53,699 bases of DNA, filler included, from Jimgerdemannia flammicorona (GCA_003990765.1; 3 parts of 3 records of this genome joined end to end with filler, not necessarily neighbours in it), one strand, 5' to 3'. Positions 23,164-37,632 are shown, counted from the whole stretch's first letter. Made by a program: numbers and translations. Notes: a model not told the origin generated them from the sequence alone.

Positions 23164-26100
23164 AATCAAGCAGCAAGTCTTAGTGAAAATTAAGCTCAAG
23201 CTATGCTCATTTTCAAAGATCTAGTCAAAGGAAGTACTTATAGACAGTGGAGCTATAGAGAATTTCATCAATCAGAATCTCATTGAAAGCCTCAAGATCC
23301 TTACTAAGCTTGCACCTAAGAATAATAGTATAGTCACTGCAGATGGTACTCTGTACCCCATTGAGTCAATTGCCACCAAACTACCCATCAAGATCCAGAA
23401 ATATTGGGAATAAGTAGACTTTGAGGTTACACCACTAGAAGATTATGACCTGATCTTAGAAAAACCCTGACTTATGAAATACAATCCAAATATTGATTGG
23501 TGCAAGAATGAAGTCACCCTACTTCAAGATAGAGCCAACATCACTATCAAGACAGATAAGACTATAAGCAAGACCCAGATTGCAATACTGTCAACTATAC
23601 AGTACAAGAGAGTCCTCAAGAAGGCAATGCATATCTTTATTATAATGGTCTGTCCCAAGAAACAAGTCAAGAGACTATCAGTCAATAAAAGTGTCAAGTT
23701 ACTGCTAGAAGAATTCAAAGACATCTTTCCAGACAAGCTATCTGGTCTACCACCTATATAAGAAGTTGATAATGAAATTGAACTAATCCCAGGAGCTATA
23801 CCACTCAAGAAATATATATACTACATATTGCCACTTGAAATTGAAGCAGTCAAGAAGAAACTAGAAGAACTACTTGTATGAGAAGCCATCCAGCCAAGTA
23901 AATTTCCTTATGGCTCACCAGGCTTATTTATCAAGAAGAAGGATAGTACTCTATAAATGTGAATAGATTATTGTATACTCAATAAACTCACTATCAAGAA
24001 CTGCTATCCACTATTCTTAATTAATCAAATCTTTGATGCTCTCAAGAATACCAAGTACTTCACCAAGTTAGACCTCATGTTAGGATACCACCAGATTCAA
24101 ATCAAGCCAGAAGATATTCCCAAGACTGCATTTATAATCTCCTTTAGACTTTACATATTCCTGGTCTTAGTATTTGGTCTCACCAATGTACCTGCTACAT
24201 TCTAGACCCTGATGAACAAGATATTCAGGGACTAACTATTTATTTTTCTATTGGTATATCTTAAGAATATTCTGATCTTTAGTGCAACTAAAGAAGAACA
24301 CCTCAAATACATTCAAATAGTCCTGGAGATCCTGCAAAAATTCAAGCTTTATGCTAAGCTCAAGAAGTGTAAATTCTTCAAGAAACAAGTTGAATATCTT
24401 GGTCACATTATCTCTGTATAAGGAATTCAAGTAAACTTATATAAGATAGAAGTAATCAAAGAATGGCTCATTCTGTCAAACCTCACAGAACTCTGATTAT
24501 TTCTTGGTCTAGCTGGCTACTACTGCTGCTTTGTCAGAAACTTCTCTGATATTGCTGAGCCACTGACTAACCTCATGAGGAAGGCCTCACACTCAGACCA
24601 CTCTGTACCCTATATCTGGGATCTCTTTCCTTTCAAGAACTCAAGAACTATCTGATCTATGCTCTAGATCTGCATAATGCAGATTAAGGCCTAAAATTTA
24701 CAGTTACTACTCATGTGCTGAATTTTGCTATTGAAGTAGTCTTGTTATAAGATGATAGCAAAGGATATCATCTTATTGCTTTTGAGTCCTGCAAGTTGGC
24801 TTCAGCTGAACAAAAGCTAGCCACTTATGAGATGGAACTACTGGCAATAATATATGCACTAGACTACTAGTGATGCTATCTAGAAGGTATTGAGTTTGAT
24901 ATCATTACTGATCATCAATCCCTCAAGTATATTAATACTCAATCTACTCTATTACATCTACAAGTCAAGTGGAGCCTCAAGCTTCAAACCTTCAATCTGA
25001 TGATCATCTACAAGCCTGGTAAGACACTTGTAGTACCAGATGCCTTATTAAGATACCCAGACCTCACTATAATTATGCAAGTCACCTTGGCATTGGAATT
25101 CCTAGACCAAATCAGGCAAGCTTATAAAGAAGATATAGTTGCTACCAAATGAGCTCAAGGATATATATACTGTTAAGAACAATCTGATCTATCATTAAGA
25201 TCAAGTTTATCTATCTGAAAACATGAATCTATACTATAAGGTTTTGCAAGAACACCAGACTTCTCTCTTGCCAGTCATCTGGAAATTGAGAAGACTATCA
25301 AGAACATCTAATGCTACTACTATTGGCCAAGTATGGTCAAGGAAATCAAGAACTATATTGCCAGCTATGATCTATACCAGTGCAATAAGTCTACCAACTA
25401 AGCACTAACTGGTTTGCTACAACTACTGCAAATTTTTATCAAGAAATTTGAGTAAGTTACTATGGACTTTGTAACTCAACTACCATGAACTCAATCTGGT
25501 ACTGATGTCATCATCATATTCATTGACTGCCTGACCAAGACTATGCTTACTGAACTAACCACCACCAATGCTACTGTACTCAAGATTACAAGAATCTTCT
25601 TCAAGTCCATCTTCTGTCACTATGACCTACTATGAGTAATTGTTAGCAATTGTGATCCAAAGTTCACCAGTCACTTCTAGCAAACTCTCTTCAAGACCCT
25701 GAGAACTCAATTGGCTATGTCTACTGCCTTTCATCTACAAACTGATAGACAAACTGAGTGCATGAATAGAACTCTAGAACAAATTCTTAGAAACTATATT
25801 TCTTATAAGTAAGATAATTGGGACCACTACTTGACTTATGTGGAGTTTATATACAACAATAACATTCAATCATCTACTGGTCTTTCTCCTTTCTAGTTAC
25901 TCCATGGTCAAGATTCTGAGACCCCTGTAAGTCTATTTCCTTTCAAGAAAATCAGTCAAATACAAGTCTCAACTGCCAAGAACCTTACAGACAAAATGGA
26001 CAAACTACTCAAGATTGCTACTGTGAATCTTCAGAAGGCTCAATAGTATCAAGTTAAGTATGCTGACAAGAAATACTATAATGTTACTTATACTATTGGA

Positions 26101-26862
26101 GATCAAGTCTTACTATCTACTGAGAACCTCAAGATATGTACAATCTTAAGTTAACTGCCCTTCAAACAAGTTCCAACCCAAGTATATTGGACCTTTCAAG
26201 ATAACTGAACAGGTCTCTGCATCCTCCTACTACCTCAAGCTACCTGAAACTATGAGAGTATACTCAGTCTTTCATATATCACATCTCAAGACATAAAACC
26301 AGTCACTGCTCTATCCTGGTCAAATTTCTAAGCCTTCCATCTATGATTATTGAAGACCATATTAAGTATGAAGCTGAGAAAATTCTTGATAAATGAATCC
26401 ACTACTACTATCCTGAATACCTAGCCAAGTGGATGAGTTACCCTAAATATGATGCTACCTAGAAACCACTGGTCAATCTCAAGAACTCTTAAGATCTAGT
26501 TCAAGACTTTGAGGTAAAATATATTGTCCAATTCCTGTAGTGACTTCCTTAGATTATTGATAACTTACAGCAATGATCAGTACCTTATATATTGAAAGTT
26601 TACTTTGAGACCCTGGAATCAGCAGAATATTTAATAAACAAGAAGTCCACTGAAATGAAGCTACTAGCTGGGTTCAAACCCCTCCCAGTTAGTTAGTCTG
26701 GTAATAGACCCTCTGCCCTATATGAGGATAGTTAATACCTGCTAATATACTGATATAAGTTTGAGAAATTTTGGTTAAGTATATCTAGTTTTGTATTACC
26801 TAAGAACTCAATAAGGATGTTGGTTCTAAAGGAGAGAGGGATGTAATAATTTTACAGTTACA

Positions 26863-28031
26863 GTTGCCTCTTTCTCCACTATCTTACTGATCACAATGGT
26901 TTGATAGGCAATCTTCCAAGTCCACTTTCAATAATTATTACCCCCCCTACCTCAGGTTGGTTTGCTGTACCTATTACAGAGCAGTGAGAGAGAGGCAATA
27001 GTGATAAGTTGCCTCTTTATCAGTATCTAATCAGTATCTTCTCTACTTTTTCATAGTTTCTGGTGCCTTTAGCTGCATCTGGAGTGCATCTGTTTTGGTG
27101 TAGCACTTTCTTCCTTTTGTTATCACCAACAAGATGCTATCTCAATGTATTATAGGTTATGTTAGGAGTTGACTGACCTTGGGTATCAAGTGCCCAGTAT
27201 AGGTTACCTACAGGTCCTTGGTGACTGTGGTTGGGCCCTCTGGCTTTGGCAAGCTTCTTGGTGAGCATGGTTCTGGCATAAGTGACTGTTTTTCAGGTAA
27301 TGTTAGGATGGGAGGGGAGATAGCCATTACAGATAGGAGAAAGGACAATTATGGTGAACCAGTAGAGTGTCAAGCTGGGGGAGGTCATCAGGGCTGAGGT
27401 AGGTGCTGCTTTGGTGGGGCCTTTTGATTAGTACAGAGTAGTTAGAGGGTAGATATCACTCTTGGCTTCTTTTGGTAATTTGGTGGATTGGGCTCCAGTT
27501 GTTGAGTGAGGTTGCAGGGCCTGAGGCTATCTATTTCAGGCATCTTGGCTACACTCAACTGGAACCAGGAGCTGATATAGCAATGTGATTGAGGCCTACA
27601 GACTTAAGTGGTGGTATATTGGGGTCTCCTCCTACCTCATATATAAGTTCTTTACTTATCTTAACTGAGAGAACTAGGCCCTATCTACAGTGATATACTT
27701 TGATGATGGTTTTTCTTTATCTATCATTCTCTTTAGAGTGGTAGGGGCTATTCTATTCAGCTTGGGCATAGTCTTGTACATATATTGGAGTCTCAGATAT
27801 ACACTTTTGGTCATTGGTATATAGCTGGGTTCTCCCTGGTAATAGGAAGAGCATGGTATATAGAATGAGGTATAGGCCACCATAGGCCCTGCTATGTCTA
27901 GTATGGTCAAGCTGCTAGACAATAGCTAGTCTAGGTTAATGGGGGAGCAGTGCTTGATGAGTGGTGAGAGAGAGTTTTGGCCTATATAGTCTAGGTTCTT
28001 TTCTAATAAAAATCTATAGAACTTTGAGTCC

Positions 28032-28062
<31 letters not shown>
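26863..28062 (+). mobile_element. 5'-truncated poly(A)-tailed retroelement (second LINE-like family) inserted in the 3' LTR of B
   Basis: A-tail at 28035-28064; about 18-bp TSD AATAATTTTACAGTTACA / AACAATTTTACAGTCATA; second copy at about 32780-33623. Confidence 0.8.
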
Positions 28063-28065
<3 letters not shown>

Positions 28066-30652
28066 AATTTTACAGTCATATTTAGTCTTAGTACATTTTT
28101 GCATCTTTTAATTAGTCCTTTCTTATTATTTCTTGAACATTCTACTATATTCCACTATCTTCTACTTGCTTAGAAACCTTCTCTTAGTACCCAGACATCA
28201 CTAGAATATTCTTGTCTTAGCTAGTTATGAAACCTTTTAGAACATTGTAGAATAGTATTAGTCAGCTTTGCCAAGAACCTATTTCTTGGTATTTCTCTTT
28301 CTTTCTAAGATTTTTTCAGATCTTTCTTTCAGATTATAGATAAATATCCTTATTCTCTGCCTGAATAAAGCTCAGAATATTTTTCTCTCAGAAATTCTTT
28401 GAGAATACTTGAACCTTTAAGTATCTCTTTGAGCTACTTTAGACCAACTAGAACTTCTAGATTTAGCTGCTTTCCCTTAAAGAAACTAGAACTATTACAA
28501 TAGCTCTAATAGCCAAATTGAGTATGTCAGTTAGTTATACAAACAGTAACTATATATTAACTAGCCAAATTTATCACAAATATAAAGTTAGCCTTATCCA
28601 GTTAGTTAGTCAGTCACCTAAATTCCAAAAGTATACTAAATAGTATCTTCTAGTAATTGTGAGTTACAATCAATTATATAGCCTTATTCTTAATCTGAAA
28701 ACTATATAAATATCTTCTGATTATAGTAAATTAATCTCAGTCAGCTTAAGTTTGAAGTAAAAAGAAGTTTTATAAAGAAACACACTGCCTCTAAGAGAAT
28801 GAATAATTCTTGAGATCAAAATATATATCTACCTAGAGTATAAAGTTCAGATATTGAGAAGATAAATCACTCTTACTATTACTGCCACAAAATCACAATA
28901 TACTACAACAGTTAGATAAGAAAATAACCACTACTTAGGATATCAAGAACTACTACAAATCTTGGAAATTAGATACAAGACTCATAGAAAACTCAAGAAC
29001 ACTATACAAATGAGTCAATTGATTAGAAAACCCTACTACAGTCAGTAATACTACTATTACAAAAATTGAATACAAGACCATAGACTATACAAAATTCAAG
29101 ATATAAGTTAGCTTAAGTTTAAGTAAAAGAATTAACTACTTTAAAGAGACAGAATAATTCTAAAAAACAAGATGACTAGAGCAATGATCACTTGAGATTT
29201 AAGTTGAAGAATTTCTCTTATTATGAAAAATTGCAACAGAATTTAAGACCAATAGTAGAAATGACCATCATTAGGATATAAGACTCAGGAAATATCAAAA
29301 TACTACCAGGAAATTATAGAGAACTCAGAAAAATAATTATCTGAAAACTTAAGAATAATGTACAAATAAGTTACTTAATATAAGTCTGATAAGGAAACAC
29401 TACTACAAAAATTAGATATAAGATTCCTAGAACTCAAGATATAAGTTAGTTAGTTAATAACTACCACAAACTTCAAAAATTGGATATAAGACCCAAGAAT
29501 ATACCAGACTACTAAGAAGCATAAAGAACATGAAATCAATTGCCAGAAACCACACATACATTCTTTGACCTTTCACTATTCTGAATAACCAGTCATGTGA
29601 CCAATAGCTTGAGATATATAAACTCTAATATAATATAAATCTCATTATGATATAAACTTTAGCAAATAAATCAAATAGCAATTAAAGTGAACATTGAGCC
29701 AGAATATTGTTAGTAGAGAGATAAATAGCATACAAATAACCAGTAGTATATTGAGTCATATATATCAGCAAAACAATATATATAAATTGCATATCACAAT
29801 ATATTCTGAAGACCTTTTATAAAGTTTATATGATAATTCTTATATAGATTATAATTAAAAAAAAAAGATAGACCTCTAGATTTCAAGTTGTTAAATTATA
29901 TAAAAAATAGTGAATATATTCTCTATAATAATATACAAAAGTAAAATTAAGGTACTCTTGGAGAAATTACTTTTGACAAAATATTTATTTAGTGAAATAA
30001 GCTTTATAATTTATAAAGAAATACTAAATATATATTCTTAAGTAGAAACTATTATAGATTATAGCTAAAAATAAAGTAAAACAGATAATATAATAAAAAG
30101 ATTAAATAATAAGAAATAAGATAGAAAAATAACTAATGGTGAAATAAAGTAGTCTAAATAAATATTTACATCTGTGATGGGCGGGGCTGCACCTGATGGG
30201 CAGAATGTATATACCTGATGGGCGTGGCTGATGGGTGGGCTGAATCTTGTCATCACCGCGAAGTGTACCAACGGTTGAAGGCGCCTAGATTGTGAGAGAC
30301 TTGTGTGGATTTTTCCAAGGCAGAAGCGACACAATGAATGATTAACCGTCTTTGCTGGCATGTAAATTATGACGTAACGATTGCACCCAGCGCCGCGCGA
30401 AGTAATAGTAAAGAGCAACAGCTTGCTCAACTATCTCTCCCGCATTCACCACCTTCCCCTCCTACCGATGACCGCGACGAAGTACAGGTGGCGACCAGTC
30501 TTTGCTGCTCATTTCTCTCACGTGTATTTGCTGCCTTCTGCTCTCACCAACCTTCCCTCAAATTTTCTCTCTTTACCGCTTATTTCTCTCATCCACATTG
30601 ATTACTTTCAGCTTCTGCCAGCTTTCCCTCAGATACTCACAAAGCATAAATA

Positions 30653-31398
30653 ATGCGCAAGTTCACAAAAGCGTTGAAGAAAAGGCTAGCCATTGGTAAA
30701 GGCATTCTTTCCGCAATCTAACTCACTATAAAATAGCTCTACTTTAGCCAACTGTCTTTTACAGCTTTAGGTCATGGGTCTAAACAACAACAATTGTTGC
30801 GGCTTTGTGAGCAACGTAGGTAACCGTTTCATGGCTGATATTCCTCTCTATGAAGTTGTAAATATTATTGTTATTTACTTGGTATAGGTTTTTTATATTA
30901 GCACATGGCCAACTTCCTCCTGTGCTCCAAGACGAAACGGTCGCGGGTCTCGCCTTAGACGCCGTCAAGAACAATGGCTTCCCAGACGATCCCGCCATCG
31001 CTATCGCGTGGAATCCAGCTGGATTTAACGATGTCCCAGCCACTCCTGGTTGCCGAAACGGTGTTCCAGGCCAAACCCTTGCAGCTCTTGTCGCCTATTT
31101 TGTGGCTTCCGGTGGTGTCGACGCGCATAACCTCAATATCCTATTCATGTTTCGTACACCGGAAATGCTTTCGATTTGCGAACAGGGCATCCCGAACTGG
31201 TTGGTACTAAAATTTATATTTTATTTCGGTTGTGTTAAAGCAATACAATTACTATTGATTTTTCTTTCCTGCTAAAGGGCTCGCCATCAAGCCGGCGTCC
31301 CGGATGTCTGCTTCTCTGCAATCCGTATCAATCACATGACATATGCAGGGCAGCTCGGGTTTGAAGTTTTTGGGTACGCCTTCAATGAGAATCGTTGA
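30653..31398 (+). CDS. Hypothetical protein, 4 exons (30653-30695, 30765-30819, 30888-31199, 31278-31398), 176 aa
   Basis: Three short GT-AG introns give one continuous ORF: MRKFTKALKKRLAIALGHGSKQQQLLRLCEQRRFFILAHG..AIAWNPAGFNDVPATPGCRNG..GIPNWARHQAGVPDVCFSAIRINHMTYAGQLGFEVFGYAFNENR*; lies in a CpG-retaining island. Confidence 0.8.
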
Positions 31399-32779
31399 GG
31401 TTGCAGGCGTTTGCTCTTCCCTTTTGTCAGAACGACTCTTCAATTACACTAGATGATTATTCCTCGCAATGTTCGCTTATGCATTTGTTTTTTTTTGTTT
31501 CAGTAATGTTTGCTTTTTCCACCAATCCGTCATAATACTCTTTCCTGTTTTTGTTTCTTTGCATTTTGATTATGATTGAAAAATATAACATGCTTCATTG
31601 TATACACGGAGGGATATTAGGAGTGTGCAGTGTAAGGCTCGATATGTTTGTGGTGGAGCAATCATGCCTTATGTATTCACTTTTTTTGGGATAGAAATGA
31701 AACCTCGACTTAATGCATCGCATCGAGGTGTCGAATCGTTTAGTGATTATTAACTGACTGTAGATCCTGGAGGTGGATATGAAATTCTAGAGTGAATCGC
31801 AATCTCAATAAGCTATGTCGTATTGTTACATGCAACATCCCCTCATTAAAAGAACAACCAAAGAATAGGAATGGCGAAACTATTCCTTTCTACAATCACT
31901 CTCTTCCATCTGCGAGCGGCCAACAAACATGCATAGTATCATGCCATTGTACTGAGAGTTTAAATAAAGCATTCTAGGTCTGCTGACATAGAATATGTAC
32001 AGAATCTGGTGAAGCACAGTCCTATGCCCAGCACTATCATCTTATCTCACAAGCCATCATATCATTGGCCATTGGGGAAGAATGATGATATATTTGAAAA
32101 CCATTATGTATATATATATTAAATTAAATGGATATCTATAATTGTGTGCATTCATCAACTATCACATATTCTACATTTTGATATCAGTCATTTGTAATAA
32201 TGAGAAAGTACTGTAGTGAGTGCACAAGATTGTAATATAGAGGTCTGGATGGCACTGTAATCTTACTTTTTAAACAGCACTCTATAGATATATGATAGTA
32301 GAATGAAGTGTGAGAATACTTATTAAAGCAGAAATAATATAATAATTAACTGATATCTTAAATTTATTTATATTTAAAATTGTAACATCAGGTGATATCA
32401 AATTAAGATAAGGTACTAATATATTAGTTAATGAATATAAAGATATAATTCTAAAAAAAAAAAATTTAAAAAAAAACTATATTATATATCAGATACTGAT
32501 ATATATTTTATATATAAATATTATAATACTTCTACTATCAATAGTTGAGATATTGATATAAGTATAATAATAATTACTAATAAATAATAATTATTTTAAT
32601 TAATATTTTAAAATAAACTATTTAGATATTTTAATAAAATATATATAGTAACTTAGATAGTCATAGTAATTCTATAGATAATAAATACTAAAACAAAATT
32701 TCTACTTCTGAAAGAGATATATTTATTCAATTAAAAATTAATAGAGATAACTACTTCTCTAATAATTAATAATTTGATC

Positions 32780-33623
32780 AGCTTCTTTCTTTACTACCTT
32801 ATTAGTTATAAGATTTGGTAGGTAATCTTTCAAGTTTCCTTTCTCCTATTATTACTCTCTCTATCTCAGATTGGTTTGCTGTATCTATAAGGGCATAGTG
32901 GGAGAGAGACAATGATGGTAAGTTATCTCTTTATTAGTGTCTGATTGGTGTCTTTTATACTTTTTTGTAGTTTCTGGTATCTTCAGTTATATCTGAAGTA
33001 TATTTGTTTTGGTGTAGTACTTTCATTCTTTTACCATCATTAATAAGATATCATCTGATATATCATAAACTATATATAGAGTTGGCTAACTTTAGATATC
33101 AAGTGTCAGTATAGATTATCTGCAGGTCTTCAGTATCTGTGATAGAACTCTCTGAGCTTTGGTAAGCTTTCCAGCAAGTGCAGTTCTAATATAGGTGACT
33201 ACTTTTTTGATAGAGTTGAGATAGAAGAGGAGATGGCTATTACAGATAAAAGAAAGGATGATTATGGTGAACTAGTAGGGTGCTAGACTAGAAGTGGTCA
33301 TCGGAGCTTAGGTGGATGCTATATTGGTGGGGCCTTCTGATTGGTGTAGAGTATTAGATAATAGATATTACTCTTAGCTACTTTTGGCAATTTATAGAGT
33401 TGGGCCATAGTTATTGTGGATAGTTAGGGGGGCCTAAGACTATCTGGATCAGCATTTTGACTATACTTAACTAGAACTAGAAGCTGATATAGCAATATGA
33501 TCAAGACCTATAGGCTTAAGTAGTAAGATATTATGGGTTTTCTTCCATCTTATATATAAGTTCTCTACTTATCTCATTAGGGAGAACCAGGTTCTACCCA
33601 CTGTTCTATACTTTGAGAAGGGT
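32780..33623 (+). mobile_element. Second, more decayed copy of the 26863-28062 retroelement
   Basis: Colinear match to about 26870-27722; cut at 33624 by the poly(T) of an antisense LINE. Confidence 0.85.
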
Positions 33624-33624
33624 T

Positions 33625-33633
33625 TTTTCTTTA

Positions 33634-33689
<56 letters not shown>

Positions 33690-35768
33690 GTCACTCAGAC
33701 TTCCCTTTATTATCTCAATCTATAAATAATAATACAATTTCACCCCCACCCTCACCCAATACCTCTCAGATCTCCTTCACTATTCTCCATTCCTCTTTGT
33801 TGAAGAATAACTCAGCCACCTATCACCTGAACCCTCTCTCCACTTTTTCAATAAATATAATTCACCAAACTCTATTAGGCCCCCCCATCTGGTCCCTACC
33901 CTCTCCACTAGCTATTCAAAATGTCAAGTATTAACCATTCTCATCATACCACCTTAGCCCCAACCTCAACCTGCTGGCCCTCCTTAAATACATACAACCA
34001 ATGCTTAACCAGCCCTACCCAAATTGCTAGAATATAGCTCAAGATTAACTATTTATCTCCAACCCCACCCACTAGCCTTTGGCAGAGATTCCCCCATCTC
34101 TTCCCTTCCCCCCCCACCAGGGCCCACAGTCCTAACAAGTTCACAATATAGTGCCAAAACTCCCTCAGGATTTCACACTTGCCAAGTCAATATTTAGATA
34201 TTTGTACCACTCTCCCCTCCTGGCCAACATATATACATTCCTTATACTCAAATGTGCTATCCACTACCAAGTATACAGACCAATAGTTCAGCATTATATT
34301 TCACCTCAGAAACCTCCACCATACTACTCATAACTTGGGAGGAAGTCACCACATCACCTGTTTGCCCAAGGCCAAAGACCATTCCAGTCTCACTCCTTAC
34401 CAATCCCCACTCTCTATTATGCTACAGACCATAGGTCTCCCCCTAGGCCCCATATGCACTCTATTCTATCACTAAGCTGAAAATCCTCTACAAATACATC
34501 TCTCAGCAATAACCTGTCTCACCTCTATATCTGTAGGCCCCAGTCCTCCTTCTCCTCATCACTCTGCCACCAAAGTCTAATTTACCTTGTACCATCCATC
34601 ACTCCCCACCAAAAGCCTTTATACCTCATCCTTCTGCTCCCATCCAGGACCACTATTGCAAGCAGGTCACCAGTCACTCCATGAGGGGAATATCAGACTT
34701 CCCACACCCTCTGTATAAGTGGTATCCACTCTTGGCCCCTCAACTTACTTGCCCTCTTCAGCCACCATGCTCTCAAGCAGTGAAGGCATTTGGTAAAGTC
34801 CACCAAGTCTAGCCCAACTCTGTCAACAGACAGGGTCAGGACCTTCTATCTAATCTGACTCTGCTGCTCAGCCCAGATCTACAATCTTGCCATCTTTAGG
34901 AGCTGTCTGACCACTTATACTGGGAAGTTCAGATGATACCCTATATACCACAACCTTGATAGCCAGTACACATTCAGCACCATCGCCCTTTCTGCCAAAG
35001 ATATATGCTGACCACCTCACTACAAGAGCACATTTCTCCATACTAGAAGCTGCTGCTCCTACTATATATGGGGCAGGAGAGATCCATATACCAAAAAGTA
35101 AATCTCCAGATATGTACCAGACCAGTTCTCCCAATAGCACCACTGTTCCAATCATACTACCACCAACTATTCTGCTGCCTAGCACCAGCATCTCACATTT
35201 GTGCTAGTTGAGTTTGGTACCTAAGTCTCTCTCATAACTCTACAGACCTTCTTAGTTCCTCTATATCCTCCAATGAACCCAGTTTCATCACCATATCATC
35301 TGCAAAAGCCCCCACTTTCCAGTTAATTCCCAAAATGTCCAAACCCCCAATTTGATACCTAATCCTATCTAATAGGGGCTCCAAGGAAAGGGCATATAAG
35401 ATGGGTAATAAAGGATCACCTTACAGCACCCCCTCACTGGTTCCCCCAGTGACCCCAGGCCCAGAGCTGAGTCTAGATACCAATCCTCCAACTGCTGTTC
35501 AATGTTTAGGGCATTCTCCCCCCCTTATTCCTCACTCCATAAATTCCCCCAGTATATCCTCAGCACCCTCAGAATCTTAGGAGTCTCTGCCACTATCACC
35601 CCATCCTCATCCAGAATCCCCTTCTACTGCTGTCTGGTTCTTTGAGCCTGAAGCAACCATGAAAGAAATCTGGTGGGCCTCTCCCCCTCCTCCAACTCCT
35701 GCCACCACAACCTTGCCACCATCTCCTTCAACTGAACCTCTTTCTCCATTCATAGTACTTTTTTTTTT
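33625..35768 (-). mobile_element. L1/Tx1-like LINE, 3' part with poly(A) and an internal deletion
   Basis: T-run at 33625-33686; 3' end GTCTGAGTGACTAT(A)n matches the end of the full copy at about 53674; VL*GDPLLPIL and VGAFADDM at about 35290-35430; junction at about 35435 removes roughly 600 bp of RT relative to the full copy. Confidence 0.9.
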
Positions 35769-35868
35769 NNNNNNNNNNNNNNNNNNNNNNNNNNNNNNNN
35801 NNNNNNNNNNNNTTAATTAATTAANNNNNNNNNNNNNNNNNNNNNNNNNNNNNNNNNNNNNNNNNNNN
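35769..35868. other. Assembly gap with TTAATTAATTAA spacer
   Basis: N-runs plus spacer. Confidence 0.95.
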
Positions 35869-36049
35869 AAAAAATACTAATAAATATAAAGTTAAAAAAA
35901 AAATTTAAATTTATACTTTTATTAATAAATATAAGATCAAAAAATAAAATAAATAAATATATAGTTAAAAATTTAAAAAAATTTGCAGGCAAATTTATCT
36001 ACAAAAATATATAATCTATTAGTTAATAATATAATATTTTCTCTTTAAT

Positions 36050-37220
36050 AGTAGTATATTAATAGATAGTAAAGAGAAGATAGTGAAATTGATTGAAGAT
36101 AACAATAGATATAAAAATAGAAAGATAGTAAAAAAAATCTCAGTAAAGATAGTAAATAAGTTAAAGATAGTGAAAGAAAGATAGCAAAGAGGTTAAGATA
36201 GTAAAGAGTGTAAAAATAGCAAAGAGAAAAGAGTGAAGAGAAGATGATAAATAGGTTAAAGATAGTAAATAGTAAAAAGAAGACAGTAAAGAAGATCTTA
36301 GTAAAGATAGCAAATAAATTAAAGATAGCAAATAAGTTAAAGATAGTGAAGAGAAAATAGTAAATAAGATAAAGATGATAAATGGCAATAAGAAGAGATC
36401 TTAGTGAAGATGACAAATAAGTTAAAGATAATATATAAGTTAAAGATAGTAAAGAGAAGATAAAGTAGTTAAAATAATAAAGAGTAAAGAAAGACAGTAA
36501 AGGAGATTTTGGTAAAAACAGTAAAGAGAAGATAAAAAATGGATCAAAGATAGTAAATGACAAAGGAAAGATAGCAAAGAAGATCTCAGTAAAGGTAGTA
36601 AATGAGTTAAAGATAGTAAATAAGTTAAAGATAGTGAAGAGAAGATGACAAATGAGACAAAGATAGCAAATGGTAATGAGAGGAGATCTTAGTGAAGATA
36701 GCAAATAAGTTAAATATGATAAATAAGTTAAAGATAGTGAAGAGAAAATAGCAAATGAGTCAAAGATAGCAAATGGTAAAGAGAAGATAATAAAAGAGAT
36801 CTTGGTAAAGAATGAGTTAAAGATAGTAAAGGATATAAAGATAGCAAAGAGAAGATAGTGAAGAAGATCTCAATAAAGATGGTAAATAAGTTAAAGATAG
36901 TAAAGGAAAGACAGTAAAGAGAGATCTTGGTTAAAATAGTAAAGATAGTAAAGATGTGATCTTAGTGAAGATAGTAAAGGATAATCTCAATAAAGATATT
37001 AAAAGAAAAGAAGAAAAACTTAATGAAAATGATAGTGAGAAGATAGAAAAGGAGTAAAGATAGTGAAGGTGATAAAAATAACAAAGAAAAGACAGTAAAA
37101 GATAAAAAAAAAAAATGAATAAGGTAAAGATAAATCGAAAATATATAGTAAAGAAAATCTCAGTAAAGATAAAGATATTGATAGAGAATTTTAATAAAAA
37201 TATAATATAGGCAAATATCA
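36050..37220. repeat. Purine-rich degenerate tandem array (AAGATAGTAAA / GAGTTAAAGATAG units)
   Basis: Dozens of AAGATAG cores; source of the spurious hydrophobic ORFs. Confidence 0.85.
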
Positions 37221-37632
37221 ATAAAGAGGATTAGATATTAATAATGAGGTTATTGGTAATAAATGATAAAATCTTGACAGAGCTAAGGGAATATTATCAG
37301 TAGTTATTAAAAAAATCACTATATGGCTGCTTTTTTTTGAAATTGAGAAAATTTAAGATTTATATCAGGACTAGATATCTGATATTATAGCTGTACTTTT
37401 TGTTTTCTATTATCCTAGTTATATATATAGATTTCAGATCTGGTATACTATTATAATCATTATTTCTTTTAGGTCAATTTGGGGTTCTGAATCTATATCT
37501 TCTACTGCAAAGAGGTCTGGATAGCTGACTGGTTTTCTGGTATTTATTTTGGATTTATATGACTAATTATAACTAATTTTTAAATTTATATAAGATTTCT
37601 TAATAAGATAAGATATATATATAACTTTACCA

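Larger units (their letters stand above)
21224..28499 (+). mobile_element. Gypsy element B, full-length chromovirus: LTR, gag, dUTPase, PR, RT, RNase H, IN, chromodomain, PPT, LTR
   Basis: 5' LTR 21224-21684; 3' LTR 26842-28499 (interrupted); TSD ATGGC/ATAGC; decayed PBS TTGATAACAGTGG; Zn knuckle CFFCHQIGHIATKC; RT at about 23800-24450; chromodomain YEAEKILD..YLAKW at about 26370-26470; PPT AAAGGAGAGAGGGA at 26828-26841. Confidence 0.95.

Noticed and set aside
28505..29800. Possible long 3' LTR of element D
   Set aside because: Position fits and it has internal degenerate repeats, but there is no second copy in the window to define its termini.
36045..37221. Long hydrophobic membrane-protein-like ORFs
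   Set aside because: Antisense reading of a purine-rich tandem array.
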